Source: Candidatus Poribacteria bacterium
GTDB taxonomy: Bacteria > Poribacteria > WGA-4E > GCA-2687025
DNA length: 64,000 nt
Reading direction: 5' to 3'
Assembly (NCBI GenBank): GCA_963665845.2
Contig: OY762492.1
Location: forward strand, 2,624,001-2,688,000
Shown piece after piece: positions 48,195 to 57,049 of the stretch. Under the pieces are notes generated by a model. It saw nothing but the letters and a program-made list of their open reading frames with translations. It had not been told where the DNA came from and ran no database searches. Position 1 is the first letter of the stretch, and each line of letters starts with the position of its first letter. The translations under genes and the position numbers were made by a program.

Positions 48195-48372
48195 CAAAGA
48201 ATCCTCCGTTCGCGGCGATGAGGTCTGTATCGGATTGAAAGCTGCACATACGCCGACCAACGCCTGCCGAACCTTTAGCGTAAACAACAAGTTTGGCTGA
48301 AGGTCCGGCGGCGCAATTCAGCGTCTTTGAAAGCGTGAAAACCTTAATAGCCCTTATCGGGGCAGGTTGCCG

Positions 48373-48729
48373 TCAGTCGTCTCTGCGGCGTCGATCGTCG
48401 TCATCATCATCGTTTCTGCGGCGCCGGTCGTCGTCATCATCGTCGTCTCTGCGGCGCCGGTCGTCGTCATCGTCGTCGTCATCGTCATCGTCATCATCGT
48501 ACCGATCATCGTCGTACCGGTCGTCGTCATCATCGTCATCGTCGCCGCCGCGCCGGTTGTTGTTCCGGTCGTCGTCACCGTCGTCGTAGTACCGGTCGTC
48601 ATCGTATCTGTCATCGTCGTAGCGATCGTCGTACCGGTCGTCGTCCAGATAATAATCGTCGTGGTCTTCGCCGCACGAGACCAAACAGGCGACGCCAAGA
48701 ACTGCCGCCGCAAACATTGCCCACTTCAT
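48373..48729 (-). CDS. Extremely Asp-rich low-complexity lipoprotein (118 aa)
   Basis: RBS GGAGG and signal MKWAMFAAAVLGVACLVSC. Mature part consists of DDRY repeats, poly-D and D6-7R4 blocks. Confidence 0.75.
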   Translation of the reverse strand: MKWAMFAAAVLGVACLVSCGEDHDDYYLDDDRYDDRYDDDRYDDDRYYDDGDDDRNNNRRGGDDDDDDDDRYDDDRYDDDDDDDDDDDDDRRRRDDDDDDDRRRRNDDDDDDRRRRDD

Positions 48730-48802
48730 GATTGTCCTCCAGAGTTTCCGTTGCGCTGTCTGTATAACATACCGAATCAAAATGCGCAATGCGGGACTTT
48801 AG

Positions 48803-48936
48803 CGTACCCTTAGAGTTGGGACATTCCGCTTGACGAACGCGGGCGGCTTCTGCGGCGCCCGTCCTTTAAACCCCCCTAGCCCCCTTTTCAAGGGGGGAAT
48901 CGGACGCGGCGCCGCGAATATCCCGTATGAGCGTAC
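48803..48936. repeat. MITE end plus C/G-tract module overlapping the 3' end of the DUF123 gene
   Basis: AGTTGGGACATTCCGC...CCCCCCTAGCCCCCTTTTCAAGGGGGGAATCGGACGCG...GAATATCCCGTATGAGCGTAC. The same tail occurs at ~50930-50988. Confidence 0.75.
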
Positions 48937-49546
48937 GAACTTTGACGGGAAGCTGGCGCCACCATGCCTCCTCCGCATCGATTTTGAGAATGTGCGTGTT
49001 GCCGGGTATGTCGTTCGCGCCGAGTCCTTTTTCGATAACGGACGCGCATGGGTCCTTTAAAATGAGCTGTCCCAGTTCCCGTTCGATCTTGGCGCGTGTC
49101 CGCAAAATGACGGCGCCAATCAGTTCCGCCTCCGACCTGTCCAGCAGATGATCGATGTTCCAGTGGAGCCGCTTGCCGTTTCTCGGCAGCAGATTTCCTT
49201 CGCCGAGCTGAATCGACGGAAAAAACTGAAGAAAGGTTTGTTGAATCGGATGCGGCGGCAGATCGCCTGTACGCGACGCATGGCGCGCGAGCCGACGCGC
49301 GAGCGATACGCCCCCTTTGGACGCCAGCGCCGAGCCGACGTAAAGATACTCGCCGGCGGGGGTATGAATCGGCTTCGCTTTTTTAAACCGTCCGTACGGC
49401 ATCGTCAAACTCTCGCGGACATGGATGCGCAGCAGGTAGGCTCCCGACGGCTCCTCTCCGCCGCAGACGGCGATGAAAAAGCGGCTTGAAGGCGCGCGGC
49501 GCGTCTTTATTTGCAATTGGGAGCCTGAATTCGTTAACATAACCAT
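48866..49546 (-). CDS. DUF123 / GIY-YIG (Uri superfamily) endonuclease-like protein
   Basis: GAYLL...GEYLYVGSAL...LARRLARH...KRLHWNIDHLL...GLGAND...THI. Start codon uncertain. Confidence 0.75.
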   Translation of the reverse strand: MVMLTNSGSQLQIKTRRAPSSRFFIAVCGGEEPSGAYLLRIHVRESLTMPYGRFKKAKPIHTPAGEYLYVGSALASKGGVSLARRLARHASRTGDLPPHPIQQTFLQFFPSIQLGEGNLLPRNGKRLHWNIDHLLDRSEAELIGAVILRTRAKIERELGQLILKDPCASVIEKGLGANDIPGNTHILKIDAEEAWWRQLPVKVRTLIRDIRGAASDSPLEKGARGV

Positions 49547-49571
49547 GTTCACTTCGGCGGAGGGCATGACG

Positions 49572-50750
49572 ATGCGGATGATACTTTATACAGGAAAAGG
49601 CGGCGTCGGTAAAACCAGCGTGACCGCGGCGACCGCCATCCGCTTGGCGGAGATGGGTTATCGAACGCTCGCGATGTCGGTCGACCCGGCGCATTCGTTA
49701 GCCGATTCGTTCGATCTGGACCGGCGGCTCATGGACCACGGCGAAGGGCGCCCCGTGCAGGTGAGAGACAACCTGGACCTGCAGGAGATACTGATCCACG
49801 CCGAGGTGGAGCGGCACTGGTCGGTGGTGTACGGGTACATCGCAAAGCTGCTGAAAACCTCCGGGGTGGACGGCGTCGCCGCCGAAGAGCTTGCCATCTT
49901 TCCCGGCATGGAGGAAATCTGCGGGCTGCTGTACATCAACCAGTATCTCCAAGAGCAGACCTACGATGTCGTCCTGCTTGACTGCGCGCCGACGGGGGAG
50001 TCGCTCCGCTTTGTCAGCATCCCGACGACGCTCGACTGGTATATGTCAAAGGTGTTCAAGATGGAGCGGCGGCTGGCGACCATCGCGCGCCCCGTCATCA
50101 AAAAAGTCAGCTCCCTCCCGATACCGGAGGACAATTACTTCAGCAACATCGAATACCTGTTTGAGCGGCTTCAAGGAATCGACGCGGCGCTGCGCGATTC
50201 GTCCATCACAACGGTGCGCCTTGTGACGAACCCTGAAAAGATGGTGCTGAAGGAAACGCAGCGCGCCTTTATGTACTTCTGCCTCTACGGGCTGACCATC
50301 GACGGCGTCGTCATCAACCGCATCCTGCCGCCGGACATTCAGGGCGAGTTCATGGAATCGTGGCGCTCTCTTCAGCAGGGGTATCTGGAGGACATCGAGT
50401 CGTTTTTCAGCGGCGTTCCGATCTGGCGCATTCCGCTTTTTCAGGGCGAAGTGGTCGGCGAGTCGAGCCTCAAACGGCTTGCGGACGCGCTGTACGGCGA
50501 CGGCGACCCGTCCGAGCGGCATGCTGAAGAAGCGCCGATACGTTTTGAAAAGGTGGACGAAACGACGCATCTGTATATGCGCCTGCCGTTTGTGAAAGCG
50601 GAGGATATTGAGCTGTCCGCCTTCACAGACGAGCTGGTGGTTCAGATTGGCAACTTCAAGCGGCATGTGTCGCTTCCGCGCAGCCTCGCCGGACGAAAAC
50701 CGAGCGGAGCCAAGCGCAAAGGCGACATGCTCGACATCGCATTCGACTAA
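49572..50750 (+). CDS. ArsA/GET3 (TRC40)-family ATPase with a C-terminal HSP20-like domain
   Basis: Motifs GKGGVGKT, SVDPAHSL, FPGMEE, DCAPTG and NRI, then a C-terminal beta domain (LPFVKAEDIEL...DELVVQIGNFKRHVSLP). Confidence 0.88.
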   Translation: MRMILYTGKGGVGKTSVTAATAIRLAEMGYRTLAMSVDPAHSLADSFDLDRRLMDHGEGRPVQVRDNLDLQEILIHAEVERHWSVVYGYIAKLLKTSGVDGVAAEELAIFPGMEEICGLLYINQYLQEQTYDVVLLDCAPTGESLRFVSIPTTLDWYMSKVFKMERRLATIARPVIKKVSSLPIPEDNYFSNIEYLFERLQGIDAALRDSSITTVRLVTNPEKMVLKETQRAFMYFCLYGLTIDGVVINRILPPDIQGEFMESWRSLQQGYLEDIESFFSGVPIWRIPLFQGEVVGESSLKRLADALYGDGDPSERHAEEAPIRFEKVDETTHLYMRLPFVKAEDIELSAFTDELVVQIGNFKRHVSLPRSLAGRKPSGAKRKGDMLDIAFD

Positions 50751-50761
50751 GGGGTAGTACT

Positions 50762-50990
50762 CTGACCTCTGCCTAAAGTTGGGACATCTGAACCGACGAT
50801 CGCTCTATTCATGGGAAAAAGGCTCCGCTTACCAGGCCGTCATTCCCGCGCAAGCGGGAATCCAGAGTCCACCTCGAAACCGTCCGCATTCGTCTGCCGA
50901 CATGTCCCAACTAAAGACGTAAGGGCAACCCTAGCCCCCCTTTTCAAGGGGGAATCGGACGCGACTCGAATATCCCATATGAGCGTACTA
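50762..50990. mobile_element. MITE-like element plus flanking C/G-tract module between convergent genes
   Basis: CTGACCTCTGCCTAAAGTTGGGACA ... TGTCCCAACTAAAGACGTAAGGGCA, with a dRS3-like core. Confidence 0.75.
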
Positions 50991-50994
50991 TCGA

Positions 50995-52314
50995 CTAAGG
51001 CAGAAGACCGCCGACCGCCCGCGCCAGCCGCGCCGCCGCGGCCGCCGCGTCATGGGCGGCGCGCAGCTGATTCAGCTCTGTTTGCGTCCGCTGCAGCTCT
51101 ATGTCCGCCAGCTCAACGCTCGTGATCAGCCCGTTTTCAAACGACAGGTTTGCAATGCGCAGCGCCTCTTCCGCCTGTTGGACCGCCTCGTTGAGCGCCT
51201 CAAGCGACGCCTTCGCTTCTTGATAGGCGAGATACGCCTGCCGCGTTTCCAGCTCCACGCCGCGCTTCAGCGCCTGAACCGCCAGCGACGCCTGCGCGAG
51301 ACGCGCCTCCGCCGTCTGCGTTTGCGCCTTCGCTGCGAACCCGTCAAAGATCGGAAACGAGACGCCGACGCCGGTTGACCAGACGCTCTGCGCGTTCTGC
51401 TTCTCGTTGTCGCTCCAGGAGCCTGTCCAGGTGAGGGCGACGTTCGGCTTGTTGGCGGCTTTGGCGATCTGAACGCCGCGCATGGCGGCGTCGGCGAGCG
51501 CCTGCGCCTCTTTCAGCTCATGCCTGTTCATGCGCGCCGTTTCGATCAGTTCCTCCAGCGGCGCCTCCACCGGTTCGTGTTGGAAGTTTCCGACTGCCTT
51601 GAATTCCAGGTCGGAGTCTTCGCCGATGGAGACGGCAAGGGCGCTCATGGCGAGGGCGCGGGCGTTGTCGGCGCGCATGGCGTCCGCGCCGGCGTTCGCT
51701 TTGGCGACATTCGCTTGAAGCAGGTCCAGCTGCGTCGCCGCGCCGGCTTCCATGCGCAGCTGTACGATGTTGAGCCGCCGTTCGGTTTGCTTTAGGGCGC
51801 GCTGGGCGGTTTCTGCGGCTTTTTCGGCGAAGAGCGCCGCATAAAAATACTCGGCGGTCTGCAGGGCGGTACGCTGTTTTACGGCGTTCAACGCCTCCAT
51901 TTCCGCCTGTACCGTTTTGTCGGCGGCTTGGACGGCGCGGGTCGTTTTCCACCAAGTGAAGATCGGCCACTGTATCTGCGCGATGCCGCGGTAATCATGG
52001 CGGGTCCCGAATTCGATCTCGATCGGGTCGCCGTTCTGCGCCGGGTCTTGAACGCCTGGAAACCCGTCAAAGTCGAGCGCCTGTTTCAGCAGGATCCCGT
52101 TGTAGAGGTAGGAGCCGGTGAGGTTGAGCGACGGCAGCCGCTGGGCGCGGGCGGCTCTGGCTTGCGCGCGGGCGGCTTCGACGCTTTTCTCGGCGATCTG
52201 GACAGGTTCCGACTTTTGAAGCGCGCGTTCAATCGCCTGCTCTAAGGTGAAGGCGTTCTCGGCGGCGGGCGCCGGCTGCGCCAGAAGAAGCGCCGCAAGA
52301 AGAATACATGGCAT
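50995..52314 (-). CDS. TolC-family outer-membrane efflux protein
   Basis: Signal peptide and OEP pattern (TLEQAIERAL, AQRLPSLNL, FEAG/FENG repeats, FPIFDGF). Confidence 0.88.
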   Translation of the reverse strand: MPCILLAALLLAQPAPAAENAFTLEQAIERALQKSEPVQIAEKSVEAARAQARAARAQRLPSLNLTGSYLYNGILLKQALDFDGFPGVQDPAQNGDPIEIEFGTRHDYRGIAQIQWPIFTWWKTTRAVQAADKTVQAEMEALNAVKQRTALQTAEYFYAALFAEKAAETAQRALKQTERRLNIVQLRMEAGAATQLDLLQANVAKANAGADAMRADNARALAMSALAVSIGEDSDLEFKAVGNFQHEPVEAPLEELIETARMNRHELKEAQALADAAMRGVQIAKAANKPNVALTWTGSWSDNEKQNAQSVWSTGVGVSFPIFDGFAAKAQTQTAEARLAQASLAVQALKRGVELETRQAYLAYQEAKASLEALNEAVQQAEEALRIANLSFENGLITSVELADIELQRTQTELNQLRAAHDAAAAAARLARAVGGLLP

Positions 52315-52450
52315 CGCGTATGTCTCCCGTATGCATAGGACGTCTACATACAGAATTTAGCGCGCAAGGCGCATAAGGTCAAGAAGCTCGGCAGTACGGC
52401 AGTACCTACAGGCGATGGCATTCATTTGCGCGGCGGCCCGATGTCCATGC

Positions 52451-52555
52451 TGTCATTCCCGCGCAAGCGGGAATCCAGAGGCGCCGTAGAGGCCGTCCGC
52501 GCCCCGCCCGTTATGACAAAGCCCCAGACCGTCTAAATCCTTTCATCCTAGTTCA
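52451..52555. repeat. dRS3-like palindrome plus half of the ATCCTAGTTCA hairpin module
   Basis: TGTCATTCCCGCGCAAGCGGGAATCCAGAG and TCATCCTAGTTCA. Confidence 0.7.
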
Positions 52556-52639
52556 GCAGAACAGCGTAACGCCCGCCCCCGCGCTTCGTTTACCATGCGC
52601 CGCGCCGATTCACACATAAACAGATAAGGACAGCCGCCC

Positions 52640-53056
52640 ATGCCGAGCGTGTATCTTCACTTCAACGGCAATTGCCGCGAAGCGTTTGAGTTTTACAGGT
52701 CTGTTTTCGGGGAAGAGTTCACGACCATCTCCGCCTTCCGCGACGCCCCCGTCGACATCCCTAATATCTCCGAAGACGACATGGACATGATCATGCATGT
52801 CAGCTTTCCCGTCTACGGCGACGAGCTGATGGGCAGCGACGTTCCCGACAGTTTCGGCTTGAACCAAGGCAACAACTTCGCTGTCAGCGTCTCTCCTGAA
52901 ACGCGCGGGGAGGCGGACGCGCTGTTTGCCGCGTTGTCGGAAGGCGGGAGCGTCCGCATGCCGATGAGCGACGCTTTCTGGGGCGGATACTTCGGCGCCT
53001 GCGTCGACAAGTTCGGCGTCGCCTGGTACATCAGCAGCGAGGACGTTTCTGAATAA
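52640..53056 (+). CDS. VOC-family (PhnB/YjdN-like) protein
   Basis: Motifs YLHFNGNCREAFEFYRSVFG, IMH, LMGSD and FWGGYFG..VDKFGVAW. Confidence 0.9.
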   Translation: MPSVYLHFNGNCREAFEFYRSVFGEEFTTISAFRDAPVDIPNISEDDMDMIMHVSFPVYGDELMGSDVPDSFGLNQGNNFAVSVSPETRGEADALFAALSEGGSVRMPMSDAFWGGYFGACVDKFGVAWYISSEDVSE

Positions 53057-53072
53057 CGCGCGCTGTCACCGC

Positions 53073-53340
53073 AATGAACAAAGCCTCTATTCATGGGAAA
53101 ATGCCCCGCTAACCAGGTCGTTTCCCGCTTCCGCGAGGACATGCATTCCCGCCTTTGCGGTGAAACGCGCGGGAATCCATCGGCGCCGCTAAGCGTTTTA
53201 ACCCCCAACCTCCTTTGAAAAGGGCGGGGGGTTTCTGGCGTAACACAGCGGCGAACCGATACGTTCTTAAACATGGGCAGACCGCCGCCCGCGTATGTTG
53301 CCCTTGTATGTTGACCGCGTATGTTGCCCGTGTGTTGCAA
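53073..53340. repeat. MITE internal fragment plus short GTATGTTGCCC tandem repeat
   Basis: TATTCATGGGAAAA...CGCGAGGACATGCATTCCC-N20-GGGAAT, and four GT(A/G)TGTTG units at ~53293-53338. Confidence 0.65.
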
Positions 53341-53402
53341 TGGGCGCGGGCGCGGGTTATGATAGCCACAGACATTCACCGTCCTCCTCGAAAGGCGGCT
53401 TC

Positions 53403-54569
53403 GTGAAACCCTTGAACATCGCGTGTATCGGCGGAGGGACGGGACTCTCCACCCTGCTCCGAGGCTTCCGTCAGTATGCGGCGGCAAATGACGGCGGACC
53501 TTACGACATGGACGGGCTAACTGCGATCGTCTCCGTCTCCGACGACGGAGGCAGCTCCGGCAAGCTGATTGACGAATTCGGCGTCCTTCCCCCAGGCGAC
53601 ATCCGCAACTGCCTCGTCGCGCTCGCCGAAGAGAACGAAACGATGAGCCGTCTTTTTGAGTACCGGTTTGACAGCAACGGCGCTCTGCGCGGACACAGCG
53701 TCGGCAATCTGCTGCTCATCGCGCTCACCGACCTGTTCGGCACGTTTCCGCTCGCCATACGCGAAGCCGCCAGGGTACTTGCGGTGCGCGGGCGCATTCT
53801 CCCGGTGACCGTCGAACAGACGCTCCTGTGCGCCGAGCTGGTGGACGGCGAGATCGTCTGCGGCGAGTCGAACATTCCAGACCGAAGAAACCGCGCCCCG
53901 ATCCGCCGCGTCTTTTTAAAACGCCGACCCGAAAACGGCGCCGATGTGGAGGAGCTTGGAAGCGACTCGATCAAGGCGCATCCGGAGGCGGTCAAGGCGA
54001 TTGTGGAAGCGGACGCGGTCGTCATTGGGCCGGGGAGCCTTTATACCAGCATTCTTCCGAATATCGTTGTGCCTGAAATCGCGGACGCGCTGCGCCAGTC
54101 GAAAGCGCTCAAGGTTTATGTCGGAAACGTCATGATTGAGCCGGGCGAAACGGACGGGTTCTCGCTTTCTGATCATGTGAACGCCGTTCGGCGGCATGGC
54201 GACCTGCGCGTCGATTATGTGCTGGCGAATTCAGGTCTCGCGTCGGACGCGCTGCTGCGGCGGTACTACAAGCAGGCGCAGCAGGCGCAGCGCCCATCGG
54301 ACAACTCCAAACAGTGGACATCGTTCAACGACTTTATGGATCAGATCGACCCGAAGGCGGACCCGCGCGACCCGCCCGAACGCGCGCTTGTGCAGACGCT
54401 TTACCGCCCCGATGTGGACGATGTCTCCCCCGCCGAGATCGTGCAGGAGGATTTGATCAGGGAGGCGGACGTTCAGGAACGGGGCGAGACGCTGCGCGTG
54501 CTGCGCCATCATCCGCTCAAGCTTGCCGCCGCCATCGCGCGCCTGTTTGAGAACCGCTGCGGCAAATGA
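53403..54569 (+). CDS. yvcK: YvcK/GlmR (CofD-like, UPF0052) protein
   Basis: Motifs IGGGTGLSTLLRG, VSDDGGSSG, PGDIRNCL, GHSVGNL and GPGSLYTSILPN. Confidence 0.92.
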   Translation: MKPLNIACIGGGTGLSTLLRGFRQYAAANDGGPYDMDGLTAIVSVSDDGGSSGKLIDEFGVLPPGDIRNCLVALAEENETMSRLFEYRFDSNGALRGHSVGNLLLIALTDLFGTFPLAIREAARVLAVRGRILPVTVEQTLLCAELVDGEIVCGESNIPDRRNRAPIRRVFLKRRPENGADVEELGSDSIKAHPEAVKAIVEADAVVIGPGSLYTSILPNIVVPEIADALRQSKALKVYVGNVMIEPGETDGFSLSDHVNAVRRHGDLRVDYVLANSGLASDALLRRYYKQAQQAQRPSDNSKQWTSFNDFMDQIDPKADPRDPPERALVQTLYRPDVDDVSPAEIVQEDLIREADVQERGETLRVLRHHPLKLAAAIARLFENRCGK

Positions 54570-57031
54570 TGAAGGCGCTGGACGAAGCGTTTGGATTTCC
54601 GCTCACAGAGACGCGCCCCGACATCGCCGAACGGCTTGCCGCCGCGCTTTCAGCCGAAACGCCCCGCCTCTCCGATGAGGAGATACGCCGCCGCCTTTCC
54701 ATTCAATGGGTCGTTCTGGCCGCCGGCAAGGGCAGCCGCATGGATCCGACGGGGCGGTTTAACAAGAACATTGATCTCTGGTTTGGAACGCAGAACGCTC
54801 TTCAGCGTGTTTGCCGCCATCTGCCGGGGACGCTTCCTCCGCTCGCAGTCGTCAGTCCAGCGATGGCGCGGCGCGTTTTAAAAAAAACGGACGGCGGAGA
54901 AACGCTCTCTGGACACATCTCTGGACTCCTGGACGAAGCGCGTCTGGACATCCGTCTTCGAGACCGTCTTTTTGGGAAGGGCGCGCCGCTGGCGGTTCAA
55001 CCGGCGCCGAACGGCCCTGGCGGGGCTGTCATGGCGGCGGAACCGTTTTTGCGCGCGTCTGAAGCGGAGCTGGCGGGCGTTCTTTACGGAGATGAACCGT
55101 TTGCGCCGCCGGACGCGGCGGTTGAAACGCTTGCCGCGTTCATTTGCGAGGGGGCGGACGCGGCGCTCTGCGGAAAGAAACCTGAAACGGTTGTCGGAAA
55201 GGGCGCCGTACTTTTCGACGAGGAGGGGCGGTTCTGCGGAACGCTGGAATGGCGCGACATGACGCCCGAAGAGCAGGAACGCATGCGCGCCCTGCATGAA
55301 ACGAACGACGCCGTCACGAACGCGGGCGTCTCCGTTTTCCGCCGCGAAACGATGCTGGAATTGCTCGGCTCGCTCTGGCTTCACAACGGGGCGGAATATC
55401 ATCATACCGATCTGTTTCGGCTTTTTTATGAGCGCGGTTTCAAAACGCATGCGCACATCTATGAAGGATTTATACCTTCTGGAGTGAACCGCTGGACGAA
55501 CGTTCTGGACGGGGAGGCGGCGCTTTTTGAGCGGGCGCGAAGGCGGCTTGCCGAGGAGGGCGTTCGCGTCTTGCCGGGCGCGCAGGCGCACATTGCACCG
55601 CACATTTCAAACGGAGAAAACAGGGAGAGCGGCGCGGCGTTCGGCGTCGGATGCGCTGTTTCGGGGAGGATCGTTGTCGGGGAAAAATGCGGCATCGGGA
55701 AGTATGTACATCTTTCAGACACCGTTTTAGAAGGCGAAACCAGCGTCGGCGACCGGGCGCGCGTCCGCGATTCAAGGCTGCGGAACGCCGCCGTGGACGC
55801 ATGCGACGACGGATCGCCGGTCGGCGCCGCCGTCAACCTGCTGCATACGCTGACAAACATCGACGGCTGCGCGCTTGAGAATGTTGTCGTCGGGCGGGGC
55901 TGCCGGCTTCAGAACGTTCAGGCGCGTTTTACGGTTCTGCCGCCGAATCTGCGTTTGCGGAATCGGCGCCTCGGCGTTTGGCGCGACCCGTCGCTTGGGC
56001 TGCCGTATGAGGAAACGCCGGCGCTCTACCGACTCGTCCCGGAGAGTTATCTGCCGGGCGTGTTCACCTTCGCCGACCGGAAGCATGAGCCTGACTGGGA
56101 GAAGCTGCGGGCGCATGTTCGGCGCATGTCGGTCGAAGAGCTGGCGCCGCGCCTCTCTCGAAGCGAAGAGACGCGGCGCGTTTTCATCCGCTGCGTTCAT
56201 CAGCTTCTGGACGCGCAGTTTGAGGGTCGACATCTCATCGACCCGTTGACGCCGGAGGAGCTGTGGGGGGTTCTGTATGAGCTGGCGCGGCTATGTTCAG
56301 GCAACCCCGATCCGTACGCCGCTGAAAAGCGCGCTTCCCGAAACGAAGCGGAGCGGCTTTTCAACCAAATGAACGGGCGGGGCATGGAATGGGAGCCGCT
56401 GCTGCGCGCCGCGGCCGCCGCCAACCTGATCGATTACAGCAGCGCGCGTATGACCGCCGCGATGCGCCTTAACCCAAACCTGCTCGCCGAAACGCTGGAA
56501 GAGGCGCAATCCAGACCCTTCGCCATCGACTCTTTCAAGGCGTTTGAACGGCTGCTGTTGAGCGGGGAGAAGCGGCGCGTTCTCTTGTTGACCGACAACG
56601 ACGGCGAGATCGTGTTCGATATAGAAATGGCGCGTCGGCTTGCGGCGGAGGGGCATCATGTTGAGATCGCCGCCCGTTCGTCCGCCGCCGGCAACGACAT
56701 GACAGCGTCCGATTTATCGGTTATACTGGGCGGGATGGACCTTCATATCGGCGTTATGGGCAGCGGCTCGCGTACGGCTGGAACAAACCTGTTTCAGGCG
56801 TCCGCCCGTTTTGCGCATGCGCTTCAAGAGGCGGACGTCGTCGTCTCAAAGGGGCAGGGAAACTGGTACACGACGCAGGGGCTGCGCAAGGACAGGTTTT
56901 ACATGCTGATGTCGAAGGGTATGACAGCGGAGCGGACGACCGGCGTTTCGGCGGAGGGGTTGATACTGGCGCATCTGTCCGCCGGCGCGGAGGGCGGTCG
57001 TCCGCTCATCGAAACTGCCCAGAACGAATAA
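54566..57031 (+). CDS. Fusion of a GlmU-like nucleotidyltransferase, a short left-handed beta-helix and a DUF89/ARMT1-like phosphatase
   Basis: GlmU N-domain motifs VLAAGKGSRM, NGPGGAV, LYGDEP, EYHHTD and GVN. Hexapeptide stretch. DUF89 motifs DPY..EK..SN, ANLIDY, TDNDGEIVFD, ND and SKGQGN. Confidence 0.8.
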   Translation: MMKALDEAFGFPLTETRPDIAERLAAALSAETPRLSDEEIRRRLSIQWVVLAAGKGSRMDPTGRFNKNIDLWFGTQNALQRVCRHLPGTLPPLAVVSPAMARRVLKKTDGGETLSGHISGLLDEARLDIRLRDRLFGKGAPLAVQPAPNGPGGAVMAAEPFLRASEAELAGVLYGDEPFAPPDAAVETLAAFICEGADAALCGKKPETVVGKGAVLFDEEGRFCGTLEWRDMTPEEQERMRALHETNDAVTNAGVSVFRRETMLELLGSLWLHNGAEYHHTDLFRLFYERGFKTHAHIYEGFIPSGVNRWTNVLDGEAALFERARRRLAEEGVRVLPGAQAHIAPHISNGENRESGAAFGVGCAVSGRIVVGEKCGIGKYVHLSDTVLEGETSVGDRARVRDSRLRNAAVDACDDGSPVGAAVNLLHTLTNIDGCALENVVVGRGCRLQNVQARFTVLPPNLRLRNRRLGVWRDPSLGLPYEETPALYRLVPESYLPGVFTFADRKHEPDWEKLRAHVRRMSVEELAPRLSRSEETRRVFIRCVHQLLDAQFEGRHLIDPLTPEELWGVLYELARLCSGNPDPYAAEKRASRNEAERLFNQMNGRGMEWEPLLRAAAAANLIDYSSARMTAAMRLNPNLLAETLEEAQSRPFAIDSFKAFERLLLSGEKRRVLLLTDNDGEIVFDIEMARRLAAEGHHVEIAARSSAAGNDMTASDLSVILGGMDLHIGVMGSGSRTAGTNLFQASARFAHALQEADVVVSKGQGNWYTTQGLRKDRFYMLMSKGMTAERTTGVSAEGLILAHLSAGAEGGRPLIETAQNE

Positions 57032-57049
57032 ACGAAGAGGAGTGAACGC

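Noticed and set aside
48293-48813. Poly-Val/Ile (+ strand), poly-Ser and poly-Thr ORFs
   Set aside because: These are alternative-frame or antisense mirrors of the GAC/GAT repeat. Only the Asp-rich frame has an RBS and lipoprotein signal.
49572-50750. Arsenic-resistance operon
   Set aside because: Single-domain ATPase with an HSP20-like tail and no ars partners.
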